A stretch of 64,000 bases of DNA from contig QPMI01000209.1 of the NCBI GenBank assembly GCA_004431415.1, positions 95,406 to 159,405 on the forward strand. Reading direction: 5' to 3'. Under the pieces are notes generated by a model, which saw nothing but the letters and a program-made list of their open reading frames with translations, did not search any database and was not told the origin of the DNA. A program made the position numbers and the translations under genes. This document shows, one piece after another, positions 25,067-40,000 of this stretch. This stretch comes from Cyanophora paradoxa CCMP329 (lineage: Eukaryota > Plantae > Glaucophyta). Numbering within the stretch: position 1 is the stretch's first letter; each line of letters opens with the position of its first letter.

Positions 25067-28000
25067 ATGCGCGTCTTCATACTTGTCGCCGTGTGCATCG
25101 CCTGGCTTCCACGCTACGAAGGTGCGCCCCTAGACAGCGCTCCCGCGCGCGCATGCGATATTTACGTGCAAATATATATCGATATCTACTAAAACTTAAT
25201 CAACGTTGCTGCTCGCGCAGCGGTCATTCTGCCGACGACCGGCGTGCACCTGAACGACCTCAACCCCAAAGCCCTCAGCCTCGCGGGCGGCTACATCGCG
25301 CCGCAGCCCGCCGCCGAGCTCGACTGGAGCAGCGCCACGATGCAACTCACGGTCGAGCTCTGGTTCGAATTCGCGCTCGCTGTACGCTTCGGTGGTCCTG
25401 GTGCTCGGCGACCGACGCGCCCGACCGCAGGCTCAAGCCGAGTGCGGAGTCGGCGAATGCATCGGACGTGCGGGGCATCTTCGTCCGGGGGGACCCGGGG
25501 ACTTCGGATGTAGATTTCGCCCTCGTGCGCCCCCGCCCTCCCTCTGCTCTTACCCCCCCCCCTCCCCCCCTCCCCCCCCTCCCCCCCCCCCGCCCCCCCC
25601 CGCAACCCTGCCCAACCTCCGACCTTCGTATTCCCATGGCCGCCCCTGTTCGAATTCTCTTCCCCCGCTTCCCATCCCCCTAGGCCTTGCCTCTCCAAGC
25701 TTAAGCCGTAAAATTGCCTCCATAAACCGCTGCACATCATCCGCTCCAACGCGGCTATAGCTACTCCTATCCTCGTCGAAACTATAATTGCCCAGCTGCA
25801 GGCACGCGCGCGCGCGCGCAACGGACAGCTGACGCGATGCTCATCTCGCAGATCGTGACTGCCGGGGCGCTGCGTGTGGAGCGGGCGCGAGGAACCGTGC
25901 AAACTGAGCCAGTTCTGGTCGCTTCCAAGGTGATTTCGGCTATTATCACATGTCGCATCCAGCCTTATCCCCTGCTGACTCGATGAGCCGCACGCGTGCG
26001 CTGCAGTGGACGCACGTGGCGGTGTGCTTCCTCGCAGAAGAGACGAATGCGTCCGCCTCGATTTACGTGGACGGCACGCTGCGCAAGACGGGACCCCTGC
26101 CAGCTGCGGGCGGTGCTTGGACGGGGCCGCCAGTCATCGGCGCGGCGCCCTTTGCGGGCTCATTGGCAGCCGCGCGGGCGTTCACGGGTGAGTTTGGATC
26201 TCTTAACTCTGTGCCGGAGGCGATCTTTGCGTTTACCGGACGGGGGCACCTTTGCGATCGCGAGCAGGTCTCATCGACGAAGTCCGAGTCTGGGGGCGGT
26301 TACTTGCTGCGGACGAGCTTTCCTCTATTGTTCACGGAACATTTGCAATTAATTTCTCATCAGCAAACTCAACATCCGAATCCGCAAACTCAACATCCGA
26401 ATCCGCAATGCGCCTTTTCTACAGGTTGATTTCGGATTTACTGCTTCGCGCTTCTGTACATGTGGCAGCGGCTGAAACCAACCCGCTGTGCAGCTTCGAC
26501 CAGGATCCGGACACAGCGGAGTTTACGACGAGAGACGTGAGTCCCGCGGCTGCACATCCAGCGACGTTCTACGATGCCGCTGGATCGGCGCTCAGCACAC
26601 CGTCGCCCTTGGTGCAGCGCACCGTGCAGAGCGCGACCCCGGACAGGACTTCCTCCGTCTCCTGCCCCGCATACGCAGCGATCCCCGGGGACACAATACG
26701 GTGAGCCGTACGCGTCTGTTCCGCTTGCGCGATTGCGACCTCGGTATTGCTTACGTGCTGTTTCTCGCGCCTTAGTTGCACCGTAGCCATGCGACGCTCC
26801 AACTCCGCTGTCACTTCCGAGGCCTCCTGGCTGCGCGTCGCCGTGTCCTCTTCCACCACCGTCCGCGCCACGCTCGGGCCCCTCTCTCCGGCAGAACCGA
26901 GTGCCAGGGCGGGTCTCGTTGTGTTTGACGTGACTTTCCCAGCCTCGAATCCCTCCACCGGTTCGCCTACGGATACTGGAGCGGCTTGTGACAGATCATG
27001 GGCTATATAGAAACTCAATTAAAATTGCCGTGCAGGTCTTTTGGAGTTCGCCGTCTTAGTTCCGGCCGGCCAGGTGAGCTCGGATATTAATGCTTCAGAT
27101 CAAGATCTCAATGCTTCAAGTTGGGTCTTTCTCAATGCTTGCGCAGTTGGGAGCTTCGGTCCGGACGTTCATGGCAGAGGCCACCACGTCGACTGCGTTC
27201 AACAGCTCCTACATTCAGTGGCAGACGCACTGGGGGTACTCGACCCCCTTCCCGCCGACAGCGCGGGGCGAGGTCCTGTATGGCACCTTCTACCCTCGAA
27301 GGGGCCTGAACGTCCCGTACATGATTCCCCGGTAGGCTTCTTCTGCCACTGGGAGCTTCTCAATTATTATTCGCAGACGTCTCACCCGCTCTCCTCCAGC
27401 TCTTCGATCGTCGTAAACCCGAGCCGGACAACCGGGAACGTCAGTTTTGAGTGGTGGCCGCCGGCAACGGCCTTCTGGTACACGGAGAGTCTCCGGCCGG
27501 ACTACGACTCCGCTTTCCCTTTCACCATCACGTTTCACGGGGACAGCGAGATTGAGCCGACGTTGTGGGACAAGATCTGTGTGACTAGAAGGTTGGGAAA
27601 CAGTGATGACGGCACAGCCATTCGGCCGAGACTGACTCCCGGTGCCAATTCCAGGTTCTCGTTTCGAGTGGCAATTGGGAACAGGTCTCTAGATACCCCT
27701 GCCTACCCCTTCTCCGTCTGCGGTGTGCCATGCTTTAAAAATTGCATTCAGACCAACAGCTGCTAACTCGCAATCGATGAAATGCGCAGCCGGACTGCTT
27801 GACTACGCGTGCGCCCTCCTAACTTTTTCTGTCAACGTTGGCCACATTCAAGCTCACTTGGTTTTGCGTGACCGCACCGCAGCTGGTACAATAAGTACAA
27901 CGCAAGCAGGACGATGACTTTCCGATTCATTAATGTGCAGAAACTTCTTTTTCGTTCCCTTCGGAAATAATCGTTGCACAATCTTTGTAAGTTTTACTTG

Positions 28001-31000
28001 ACGTGCTTTCTGTAAAACAGTTCTGGGAATCCGCCCTCCTCTACTTGCCGCGGTACGGATATCAATGTTCTCGTTCATCGCCCATACGTCGCGCTCTCTC
28101 GAATCTCGACCTCAGGGAAAACACCGGGAGTGCAGTTCCGGAACTCGGGAATGTGCGCGGCCGCGGCCCTCGACATGATTCCCTTCCTAAAACAGCTTCT
28201 TAATTCGCAGCTAACTCGTGATGGTAGCCTCTACTTTAATGAATCCAAGGTCTTGAAATGCCCCCCTCGCGCTCGAATGTCCCCCTCTCGCTCGCATGTT
28301 CTCGCTCATCGATATCTCTCGATCGAAATCGGCATAGACGCACTACCACATCGTCTACGTCGACCCCGACATTTTGCAGACATTCGTGAGCCATGAGCTT
28401 TCAGTTACGCTCAAGATTCGTTTCTCTGAACCCTCGTATCCGCTGTAAATACCTAGCCCTACACCGATCCTGGTGCGCGCCTGCATAAATATCGAGATTC
28501 GCGATATCGAGATCCGCGATATCGAGATTCGCGATCGAGAGAAACATATATTTGTTTATACTAAAGGAGTTCTTTTCTGAAATCATGATCAGGATACAAG
28601 CGAAGATTGGGAGAATTGTGAGCTTTCGAACCTCTGCATTCCTCGCTCGATCTCTTCGGTTTTAGACTGAGTATCCGTGACAAATTAATACAGGGACCCG
28701 TCGTGGGGATACATGCAAAGCTGCCAATGTACCATGAGATGGGTTGGTGGTTGGCACATGTGCAGAATCGGGTTCAATGCGGTTCGCGGCGCCGCTCTTG
28801 TATGTTAGATCGCGATCGCTAACCGTTGGCTAAACACTCTCTCAACGCAGCTTAAAGTGTGCTTCCCTATATTCGGCACCACATGGTGTATTTACCTCGT
28901 TTATCCGTACTTCTTCTGTGACTGGTTTGTGCACCTTCTCGATTCTGCTTTCGCGTGCATTGTAATCGCGTCCGTGGTCAGGCATCTCCCGCACGGAGAC
29001 TCTAACAGAACAGCAACAATGGACCTCCGTGCGCGGGCCGCACTTGTTTGTGCCGGGCACACGTGCACGGCAGCTAATCAGATTTCTTGTCGAAGGCGAT
29101 ACGCCTTTTACATTTCAAACCGGGAGGTATTCGCGCTTTTGGCTTTTCCCGCGCCTCCAGTTGCATTCATGCCAGTGGGCCTACTTTGCAGCTACAACTT
29201 TGCAAGCGGGCGGAAGATTGCCACTAGTTGGATCACGACATGCAACGAGATCAACTGCACAGGAGGTGCTCCATGAAATTCGCGATTGCCTTTCCTCATG
29301 ATCGCCTCTCTGCTGAGTAATTCTCATTTACAGGGGGTTTGTCGAACTCAACGGTTTCTTCCTCATTCATGATATGCTCTTAAACATTAAAGCCCCTCAT
29401 CGTCGACTTTGCGCAGTTTTATGACAACAATCAGCTAGTCTTAAATTATGCGGAAGCCACGTTTCAGCCAGATTGGCCTCAAGTAACAGACACTTGCGAC
29501 TGCAATGCAATATGTTGTGGCTCTGCTGCTATGCCCTCCAAGATCCAGCTCTCGATTCTCGGGGATTCCAACCCAGCCAACTGGATCTCAAACGCGCTAC
29601 CCGACCTCCCTGACGCCACCAGCATTATAGATTGTGGCAGAGACTCTGTTCCCGTGAGCCGGCGCTTTACATTCTCCGCGGCCTATTGATATTCCGCAAT
29701 CCCTCGCGATCGCCTTGCGATTGACACTTTGGTTTCAGAGCGGTGTGGTCATGAACTGCACGTACGTCGGTCTATACGGGAAGCTTCCGATCTTCTATCG
29801 GTTCTGGTAATTGCTTTTCTTTGCCGTAAGATCGCAATAGCGCCAATATGGCCGCCCACCCTCTTGGCACTTGCGCGCTCGCAGGGACATGTCCGTTGTG
29901 AGCATCGAGTACACCCGCGGCACGATCAGCGACATCACGCCCTTCGATCCCCCCGCGACGACCTACTTCGTCTACACCAAGAACTGCACGTTTTCGCTGC
30001 GGTTGCATACCACCATCGAGATGAGCGGAGCGGGTACTTTGAGGGTGCGCCTCGCCATGAAGTCTACTCCAAGCGTGGAGTCTGAGAGCAGTCTTGCAGT
30101 TCTACGGAAGGAACGGCATTATTCTCGGCTCGACGGATTTCACTGTCTACGGTGCTCAGTTCCTTCTAATTTATTTACTCGTTGTTGTATTCATTGTTGT
30201 TGTTTTCGAACCCCTCCGGCAGCGTTCGCTGACGACAGCAGTTTCATGGACTGCGGGACAGTCACTGTGGTGGCCACGGGCACGGCTGTCATCTGCTTCG
30301 TCTATCCACACTTCGAAGGGCAGCGCCTCGCCACCATTGCGTCAATGTTCACCACTGGCGTGTCGGGTACGGCCGTCAACGGCTCCGCGCTACCCAGAGA
30401 TTCCCTCGGCAGTGCGGCTCTTCCCGCGGACACATCGGACGCTCTACGAGTCGTCATTACCGCCGGCACCGTCTCTGGCACTATGACTGTAACTGCTGCG
30501 CCGTGCACAAACTCGGTTTCACTCTACGTCACTAGTGCGTTCTGCTCTACATCTCGCAGCTGGGCTCTTCGAACTGCCGATTCGCTAATCAGTATCGCAG
30601 CCGACCCCGACGCGATTAGCTTCGCGCACAATCGCGTGGACCCATTTTGGTTCCGCATGGGCACAGACGTTCAGATTCGCGCCACGATGGCCGCCACGCT
30701 ACGCTCGGAAACGGTGTACCCCAACGTTGCGGGGCTTCGGCTCGCCGCCAGCGGCAGCCTCGTCCTGGCGACCATAAGCGATGTCAACCATACAGCTCCG
30801 GCGCTGCCCTCGATGACAGTGACTTTGGCCACCAGCCCCGACATCTGTCTCACTTGCACGGGGCCTGGAACCCTCACGATTCGGAACGCCGCGGGGCAGT
30901 TCCTCCACAGTTTGTCTGTCCTCGTGTACAGTGAGTTATCCAGTTACTTGCGAAGTCCGAGTCGTTTTCCGCCTGCTACATCGCTAACTTCCCTGCCCAG

Positions 31001-34000
31001 CAACTCCGGGGGCCGCAGTACTTAATTGCCCGAACACTCCGATTCCAGCGCAACCGTTCAACTGCACCGCCACCTTCTACGACGTCCTCGACGGCACTCC
31101 GCTGTACGTCAACTTGGATGACGTGTCGGCGACTGCGGCAGGCGGCTCGGCGAGCATAGTGCCTCCGAGCGATGGACTCGTGCAGTCGCGGATCACTGTT
31201 ACTGTCCACCCCACGACGGACCCTCCCCCCGGATTCAGCGGCAATGTCGCGGTGCAGGCGGTGCTGAAGAGCGGCCAGCTCCTCGGGACAGCCCTCGTGC
31301 CGATCGTCTACGTCGCGGACAACAGCAGCAGCGTCGAGTGCGCCAAGCCGCAGGTTGCATTGGCGGGTACTATCGAGTGCACCCTCACGCCGCGGCGTAT
31401 CAGCGAGCTCGTGTGGACGGATGCGGCCACCATCGGGTTTGACGGAGACGGGGCCCTCGCCCCGGTAGCGGGAACGCTGTCTCCGACGACCGGACCGGCT
31501 CAGTCCTTTTCGTTCCAAGTGCGTGGTCAGTCGGGACGGCTGCTGACAGGTCCGTCGGTTGCAATGGCGCTCTCGTCCGGCGTGTCGATTGCGAATGCGA
31601 CCATCATCGTGTTCACATCCCCTGACGGGACGAGCAGTGCGGTGCGCCGCTTGGCATCATACGTCTTGCAATTTCCTCATACATCTTGCAATTTCCTCAT
31701 ATGAATGCGACTGATCGACAACGTGCTCGGACAGGTGTGCCCTGATCGTGTGTGGGCGGGCGAGTCCACGATCTGCACGTTCTATGCTCGCAAGGTGCTC
31801 CGCATTCCTTGCCACGGCCCCGGACTGCGTGCCCAGAGCATCACTTAAAGTACCGCAGAATTCGCTTGTAATCTGGGCAAACCTGGCGGACATCTCGTCG
31901 ACCGGCGTCGCGAGCGTGAAGGGCGCGTCGCTCATGTCCGGCTACGCGGTGGAAGGTCAATTTGACATCTACACCACGTCCAACCCGTCGCCCGATTACT
32001 CGGGCCCGGGGAGCGTGGACCTCAGATCTTCCTCGAATCTTCAGCTCGCTCTTGGCTCGATCGCCGTTCTCGGTGCGGCTGACAAGCGAAACCTGCAAGC
32101 TCTGCCGTCCTGCGACCGCAGCTCACAGCCGTTTTGCTTGCAGACGCGCCTTCATACGACGGGAGTTCTCTTTCCTGCCCAGCGACTCCGATGGTTGCGC
32201 TCGTACCGTTCAATTGCACGTACGTCCCCAAGCGAGTGGGGTTCGCGATTTACGGCATCCCAGAGAATGTTTCGGTTAACGCGACGAACGCACACGCCAC
32301 CGTTGTGGAAGCTGCTGGCGATTTCGGTCAGCGGTTCACAGTGACAGTCGTGGCAGATCAGAATCCTGTCATCGGCGGCGGAAGCGCTATCCAGGTCTTT
32401 GCGTGGCTGGCGGGCACCGACGAGCGACTCTCGGAGGCAGAGGCCGTTGTTGCCTATGTGGCCGACTCGTCCAGCAGCGTCGATTGTGGCGCTCAGCAAC
32501 TGGCGCTGTCGAATTCTGTCGATTGCTCGCTCACTCCGCGACGCCTGGGCGAGCTGGTGTGGGCTCTGGCATCCACGATCGGATTCGACGGAGATGGGGC
32601 GCTTGCTCCAGTGGCTGGGACGCTGCTTCCAGCGAGCGGGCCTGCACAGAAGTTCTCGTTTCAGTTGGTGGGGGAGTCCGGCCGCATCTTGACGGGCAAC
32701 TCGACGGCTATGGCCCTCTCGAACGGCGAATCGGCTGCTAACACGACAGTTCTCGTGTACGGGCCGCCGGATGCCACAAGCGCCATCGTACGAGCACACC
32801 TGCCTCTAAGAGTTTAATCTAAGGTATAGCTACGCCTCTGTGCCTATCTTACTGCATTTCGCTTCAGACCTGCGACAACCCGGTCGCAATGTGGGCGGGC
32901 TCCATATCGAACTGCGTTTTCGAACCGAAGATGGTAAATGCTTCCGAAGTATTGTCATTTTTGACAATGCAGAGATGCTCGCTTTCGTCGCATACAGAAT
33001 TCGACGACAATCTGGGCGTATCTCAATGACGTGACTTTCGTTGTCAGCGGGAGCATCAAAGGCTTCGTGCGCACTACAATGGACGGACATCAGACGAGCG
33101 GGAGGTTCACTGTCGTCACCACAAATGTTCCGGACGCTACGTACACGGGACCAGGCGCTGTCGCAGTGGTCGATCCTGTAACTAGCGTCACTCTGGCATC
33201 CTATTCTGTCATCGTTATTGGTTCGCATCACCTTGCATCGCTTTTCGGGTTGATTTGATCGCGGCCGTTCCCTAACAATGCTTTCTGTTAGACAATCCCG
33301 ACAGCGCGCTTGCCACATCGGTGATCGAATGCCCGACGGTTCACCAGACGGCGCTTGTTGCCTTCAACTGCATCTTCTATCCCAAGACTGGCGATGTAGC
33401 CGTTTTTGGTATCGCATCAAGCGTCACTGCGTACTCCGCCAACTCTACCGCAATCGTTGCCGACCCACCGTCTACCGTCGGAACTCAGTTCACTATCACC
33501 GTTACTGCGGCGGCAGCCCCGGTTTCCGGCGGCGGAAGCAGCATCGTGATCGTGGCGTACCTTCTCTCTCTGAACGGCTCGTCGACGGGAATGGCACTCG
33601 CTCGCAGTACTGTACCAATCGTGTACATCGCCGACGAGAGCAGCAGCCTCGCGTGCGGCGTCGCGCAGCTCATCCTGACGGCCGTCGTCGACTGCACGCT
33701 GACGCCGCGGCGACTGGGCGAGCTCGTGTGGGCGGACGCGGCGACCATCGGGTTCATCGGCGACGGGGCGCTGGCGCCGGTGGCGGGGTCGCTGCAGCCG
33801 GGGGCGGGGCCGGCGCAGTCGTTTGTGTTCCAGATGATTGCAGAGCCCGCGCGGCTGCTGACGGGCCCGTCCGTTGCGATGGCGCTGTCCGCTGGGGCCT
33901 CGGTGGTGAATGCAAGTGTGCTCGTGTACGGCGCACCCGACAACACGTCGATGGCGGTGCCCTCCCCCGCACTTTGATTCGCTTTACGCATACTGAGCCA

Positions 34001-37000
34001 GCTTGACCGATCGGTTCGATCTTGCAGGCTTGCGATCAGAACATTTGGGCTGGAGACTCTGCGTTGTGTTCGTTCATTCCGCGTCTGGTGCGCCAAACAG
34101 TGTTCGGCCAAATCAAACACAATTATCTTCGAATCTTCGAATGAATTCGAAATTAAATCGTCAGACAGTATTCAAATAAAATAGGGTGGATTTATATGAA
34201 CTATCGATCGCGCGACTTCGAATGAAATTGAATCGCATGTCCGTCGGCTAAGTGAGCATTTGCAGGGCTCGGAGGTAATCTGGGCTCTGCTGGACGACGT
34301 AATCGCGCTTCCCTTTGCGAGCGTCAAGGCTTCTAGCTTCATGACTGGTTACGCGACGGGGGGCAACATAACTTTCGATACGACCGCCTTCCCCATGGCC
34401 GACCACACGGGCACGGGTGGCGTTGAGTTCCGGTCTAGGTCTGCTACGGAACAGCTGCTAACCACAGGATATACTGTCGTGCAAGGTGCTGCGAATTGTT
34501 TGAGCGGCTCTCTTTCGCTTCTTTTCGTATACGTAGCTTACCCGTGTCACATACGCGTGCGCTAGATGTGCCGATCAACATGGACGATGGGTGCTCGCTG
34601 GTTTGTCCAAACACGCAACAGACGGCGCTAGTTCCCTTCAACTGCACCTTCGTTCCCAAGCGCGCCGGCTTCGTCATCTACGGCCTCGCCGACAACGTGA
34701 CCGCCAACGCAACGAACGCCGACGCGGTCGTCTTTGAGCCCGCCGGCTCCCTCGCGACCCAATTCACCATCACCGTCACGGCGTGGGCAACGCCCGTGAC
34801 GAACGGCAGCAGCGCGATCCGCGTGCTCGCGTGGCTCCCGGGGATGGAGACGCAGCTCGCGGAGGCCGGCAGCGCGATCGTGTACATTGCCGACGAGAGC
34901 AGCAGCCTCGCGTGCGGCGTCGCGCAGCTCATCCTGACGGCCGTCGTCGACTGCACGCTGACGCCGCGGCGACTGGGCGAGCTCGTGTGGGCGGACGCGG
35001 CGACCATCGGGTTCAGCGGCGACGGGGCGCTGTCGCCGGTGGCGGGGTCGCTGCAGCCGGGGGCGGGGCCGGCGCAGTCGTTTGTGTTCCAGATGATTGC
35101 AGAGCCCGGGCGGCTGCTGACGGGCCCGTCCGTTGCGATGGCGTTGTCGGTTTCGGCTTCGATTGCAAACGCAAGCGTTTTAGTGTATGGACCTCCCGAC
35201 AACTCAAGCTCTCTCGTGCGGTCATTTTTTCTCGTGCGATCATGCACGTGCTCATACATCGTACAGACGTGCCCCGATCGTGTGTGGGCAGGTCAGCTTG
35301 CTGATTGCCTGTTTATTCCGCGCTTGGTGCGCATGCGCTTTCGTTCTTCAATTTGTTGGCTTTATATTTTAAAGAAAAGCGTCGGGGCAGTTTATTATTC
35401 CAAAAGCTGATTTGCTGACGCTGATGCGTCGTCCTAGAATGAGTTCAACATCTGGGCTCGTCTTGATGACACGGCTGTATCTCTTCACAACTTAGTCCTG
35501 GGCGCTGCTTTTCCAGCAAGCCTCACGGGCTACGTCCCAATGCTCGGCTACGCCACATCTGGTCAATTGATTGTAAACACGACGGCCGAGCCATCTGCAG
35601 TATTTACTGGCCCTGGCCTCGTTGAAGTCGTACTGCAAAGCAGCCCGGGGAATCCGCTTGTTGTGCTTGCTTCGGCATCAATCCACGTCATGGGTTCGTT
35701 TGATTTGGCTGCATTCACCTTTCTTATTTCATCCTTACGCTGTAATCATGCGCTGTACGTGTTCGGCCTATCCAGACATTCCACAGAATGCGACGGACAA
35801 GTCGACGCTCTCGTGCCCCTCGCACCAGCTTCCAGCCTTGGTTCCCTTCAACTGCACCTTCGTTCCCAAGCGTGCCGGCTTCGTCATCTACGGCCTCGCC
35901 GACAACGTGACCGCCAACTCAACGAACGCCGACGCGGTCTTCTTTGAGCCCGCCGGCTCCCTCGCGACCCAGTTCACCATCACCGTCACGGCGTGGGCAA
36001 CGCCCGTGACGAACGGCAGCAGCGCGATCCGCGTGCTCGCGTGGCTCCCGGGGATGGAGACGCAGCTCGCGGAGGCCGGCAGCGCGATCGTGTACATTGC
36101 CGACGAGAGCAGCAGCCTCGCGTGCGGCGTCGCGCAGCTCATCCTGACGGCCGTCGTCGACTGCACGCTGACGCCGCGGCGACTGGGCGAGCTCGTGTGG
36201 GCGGACGCGGCGACCATCGGGTTCATCGGCGACGGGGCGCTGTCGCCGGTGGCGGGGTCGCTGCAGCCGGGGGCGGGGCCGGCGCAGTCGTTTGTGTTCC
36301 AGATGATTGCAGAGCCCGGGCGGCTGCTGACGGGCCCTTCGGTGGCAGTCGCGCTGTCAAGTAACGAATCCATCGCCAACTTTTCGATCACCGTGTATGG
36401 CGATCCGGACGCGACTAGCTCTCTGGTGCATCTGCGTGTCCCGCTCAAGAACTTATCAATGCTCACCCTTATACAGATTTGTTCTTCGGAGCCCGTGTGG
36501 GCTTCGAATTTCACAGCCTGCACGCTGATCCCTCGCCTGGTGCGCACGTACTGTTCCTGTGCATATGCCAGATCAACGAGCTGAGTCGGGGTCATCCGCA
36601 GGCCTCTCAGCGCATCTTTGTTCTGATGGATGATCTCTTCGTTTCTTGGGGGGGCAGCGTCCTCCAGGTGGAATCGCCGAGCGGGATTCTCCCTGAGCCC
36701 GTGTTTTCCGTCTCCACGTATTCGTTCCCAACGTCGAGATGTGAGTGCAAATAAAATTGTCGTCGTGTCGGGGCACTCAACCGTGACCTGATCGGAACGC
36801 AGACACTGGGCCCGGCGAGGTCACGGTGGCCTTCCGGGCAAACGCGTCCGATGTTGTCGCATCTGCCTCGATAACAGTAATCGGTGCTCTCGAGTGACGC
36901 CGCGCGTCCGGGATCCCCTAAACTGACTGATCGCTGACGATGTTCATTTCGGGAAATGGTTAGATTTGCCGCGCGACAGCTCGTCTAGCCTCGTCTGCTC

Positions 37001-40000
37001 CGCGTTCAGCATCGTCGGCGGCCAATCTGTGAGCGCTTGAGCTCCGACCTGCTTGTTGATCGCCAGCCTGCGGCTTGACCGTGACACGCGCAGATCAACT
37101 GCACCTTCAGCCCTGCGCAGATGGGCGTGCCTCTAGTTGCGCCCCTCGCGAACATGTCCGTCGTCATTCGCGGAGTGCCAGGCTCAGCCTCCTGGATGCC
37201 CGACGCGCCCGCGATCGGAGACCTCTTCCTCATTTCACACACGGCGCCGATGCTCGTCACGGGCGGCTACATGCTCGCCGTGTACTCGACGGGGTTCAAT
37301 GGCACCGTCTTCGAGGACGCCGCGTCAACGGAGCTCTACGTGACGAACTCGGTCACGGAAGACGTGCATCCGAGCATTGGCTCAATGACGGGCGGCACGC
37401 GCGTGACTCTCACCGGAACGGCCCTACCTTTGAACACCGGCGCGATCATCGAAGCACGCGTCTGCGGCTCACCTGCCACAGTCCTGTCTCTGTGCGGGTT
37501 TTCTCCGCCTACATCTGTTCCATCTCTATCTCACTGTTAGCGCATAGGACTACGACGGAAGCGATTATTCTCACGCCCTCAGCCCCTGGCTATGTCGCTC
37601 CAAGCAAGCTTCCGGCCGCGGCTCCCTCGAACTCAAGTGCGACTGCGTCTGCCGCGAATGGAACAGCGGACGCTTCGAATGTCACTTCATCCACTTCAAA
37701 CGTCACTTCAGCCGCTTCGAATTCGAACGTCACTTCAGAAACTCTGAATTCGACTGCCGCTGCAGCATCAAATGCCACTGCTACGCAGCGTCGACGCGTT
37801 TATCAAATCGAGATCAACGTCAACGAGACGACGACGAATAGCACCGCGCCCCCGGGCCCGGTTTCTACTTTCTCAAACGACACAGCAGCGCCAGCGCACA
37901 ACGTGTCCGCACCTGCTACGAACGGCACCGCAACCGCGGGCAACGACACGATGCCGGCCCCCCAGCCCGTCGGCCTCACTTTCTGCGACATCGAATTTTC
38001 CGTCGGGGGCGTTCTGTCCGGCGTCTGGCCCTCGAGTTTCAGGTCCGGTTTCCGCTGATTTATCGCATTCAAGATCTAGACTTCATACTGACAATCCATC
38101 AGGTACAACAATCCGCCGGTCGCTTACATCGAGCCTCTTCCTTCGCGCGTGGCGCTGCCCATTGCGAGCCTGCCGCTGAGCGCATTTCTCTCCTTCGGTA
38201 AGCAGCGCTTGCGCAAATCGTGTCGTTCCGCCGACGGTGAGGTGTTTGCGTGCGCCACCGGTCAGATCCCGACATTGTGGCCCAGCGCGGCGCGCCGGCA
38301 CCTTCGGAGGGCCTCTTCTTTGCGTGGAGCGTCGTCGGCCCCGGCCCCGCGCACTTCGGGAACGACTCGCTGGCGAACGTGACGGTCGCGAACCTCACCG
38401 CTCCCGGCATGTACACGTTCACCGTTGATGTAATGGACGAGGACGGGGGAGAACTCGCGAGCGCATCGGTGACGACGGAAGTCGTTCTCCTCCCCGGTGC
38501 GCAAGCTAAAGCCATTTATCAGTTTACTTGCTCAATTAGCTTCGCAATCTCGAAGTGTTGACGCGCGCGTTTGCTGCGCACGCGCGCGGGCGCAGTCCTC
38601 GTGACCACCTTGAGAATCGACACGGCCTTCGACGCGTTCCAGCTCAAATACGCGGAGCCCGCGTACAAGGCGTCCGTGCGGGGCTCGCTTGCAAAAGCAT
38701 ACGGAGTCTCCGATGGGTGCGCGCACCGAGAAAAATTTTTTTCGCTCCTCCCGATAATTTGAGAACTCGGCTAAAAGTCGGGCCCCGCTCGCGCTATCTT
38801 TGCAGACGCATCGCTGGGTTGAGCGCGAAGGCCGGATCCGTGATAATGAGTGTCAACATCACCGCGACAAGTCTCGCCGAGGCGGATTCTCTGCAGCAGA
38901 TAGCGCAGGGCTTTGCCGTGCAGCCGCTTGCGGACGTGCTGCAGGTTCCTGCGAGCAGCATCGTCCAGACGAATGCCAGCATCCTCAATCGCGGTGAAAA
39001 CACGCCGCCGATGCCTATTCTCAACGGGCCAAAGGATATTGAAGTCAACGGATCTACTTTCTGGGCCCGTGCGTGCTTCATTTGTTCTTTTTCATTGGGG
39101 GCGCTTTATGGTTTCGAAATTCGAATTCCTCGTGAGCTCACATCCACGTGCACGTCCGCAGTGTTCGACGGGCGCCAGAGCAGTGATGTTGACGGATCTG
39201 TACAGACGTATGTCTGGAACTTGATTCCGGATCCCGGCTGTCCTCTCACACAGTGCGTGCTTCTAGATCTAGTACCTAGGCCTGGAGTATATGCGATATT
39301 TGACATCGACTAAATACGTGTGCAGGGCGGATCTGGACACTTCTGTGCCTGGGTTCTGCAATGTGACAGCGAAGAAGCAAGGCTTCTGTCAGGTTCGCTT
39401 GGCGGCCGCCGCTATCGGCGAGAAGGGAAGTTGCATGGCGGATCGTGATGCGTTTTCCTGCAGATCGAATTCAACGTGGAGGACGCGGACCTGACCACGT
39501 CCACGGAGCCGGTCACCATCAACCTCGTCATGAACCCGCGGCAGAACCTCCCGCCTGTCATCTTCGGCACCCGGAAGATCAAGGGCCGTCTCGAGTCAAA
39601 AATGACGTCGACGTCGCTCAGACTTGAGCCGCGCATCGCCGACCAAGACGAGGACGGTGCGAGGACCGCGTTCCCCGACCCACGGGATGTTTCCTCGCTG
39701 ACTTCAAAATATACACGCAGGCTCCATCGCGTCCGTGAGATGGGAGCAAGTGTTTGGGCCTGGCAACGCAACCCTGAAGTCCAGTGGCCAGACCGCGGTC
39801 GAGGTGATTCCCATCCTCGGCCGCACGTCCCCCGGAATGTTTCGCGTTCTGACGCGGAGCGCGCCGTCCTCAGATCTCGGGGCTGACAGCGGGCAAGTGG
39901 CGGTTCCGCGTCCTCGCGACGGACAACGGCGTTATGGGAGTTCTTCCTCCTATGACCTCCAAGGCCGACTTTGATGTCGAGGGTGCGGGAGTTTGCGGCG

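Noticed and set aside
26358-26408. 21-bp tandem duplication (SANSTSE x2), and a 20-bp intronic duplication at about 31665
   Set aside because: Ordinary slippage duplications.
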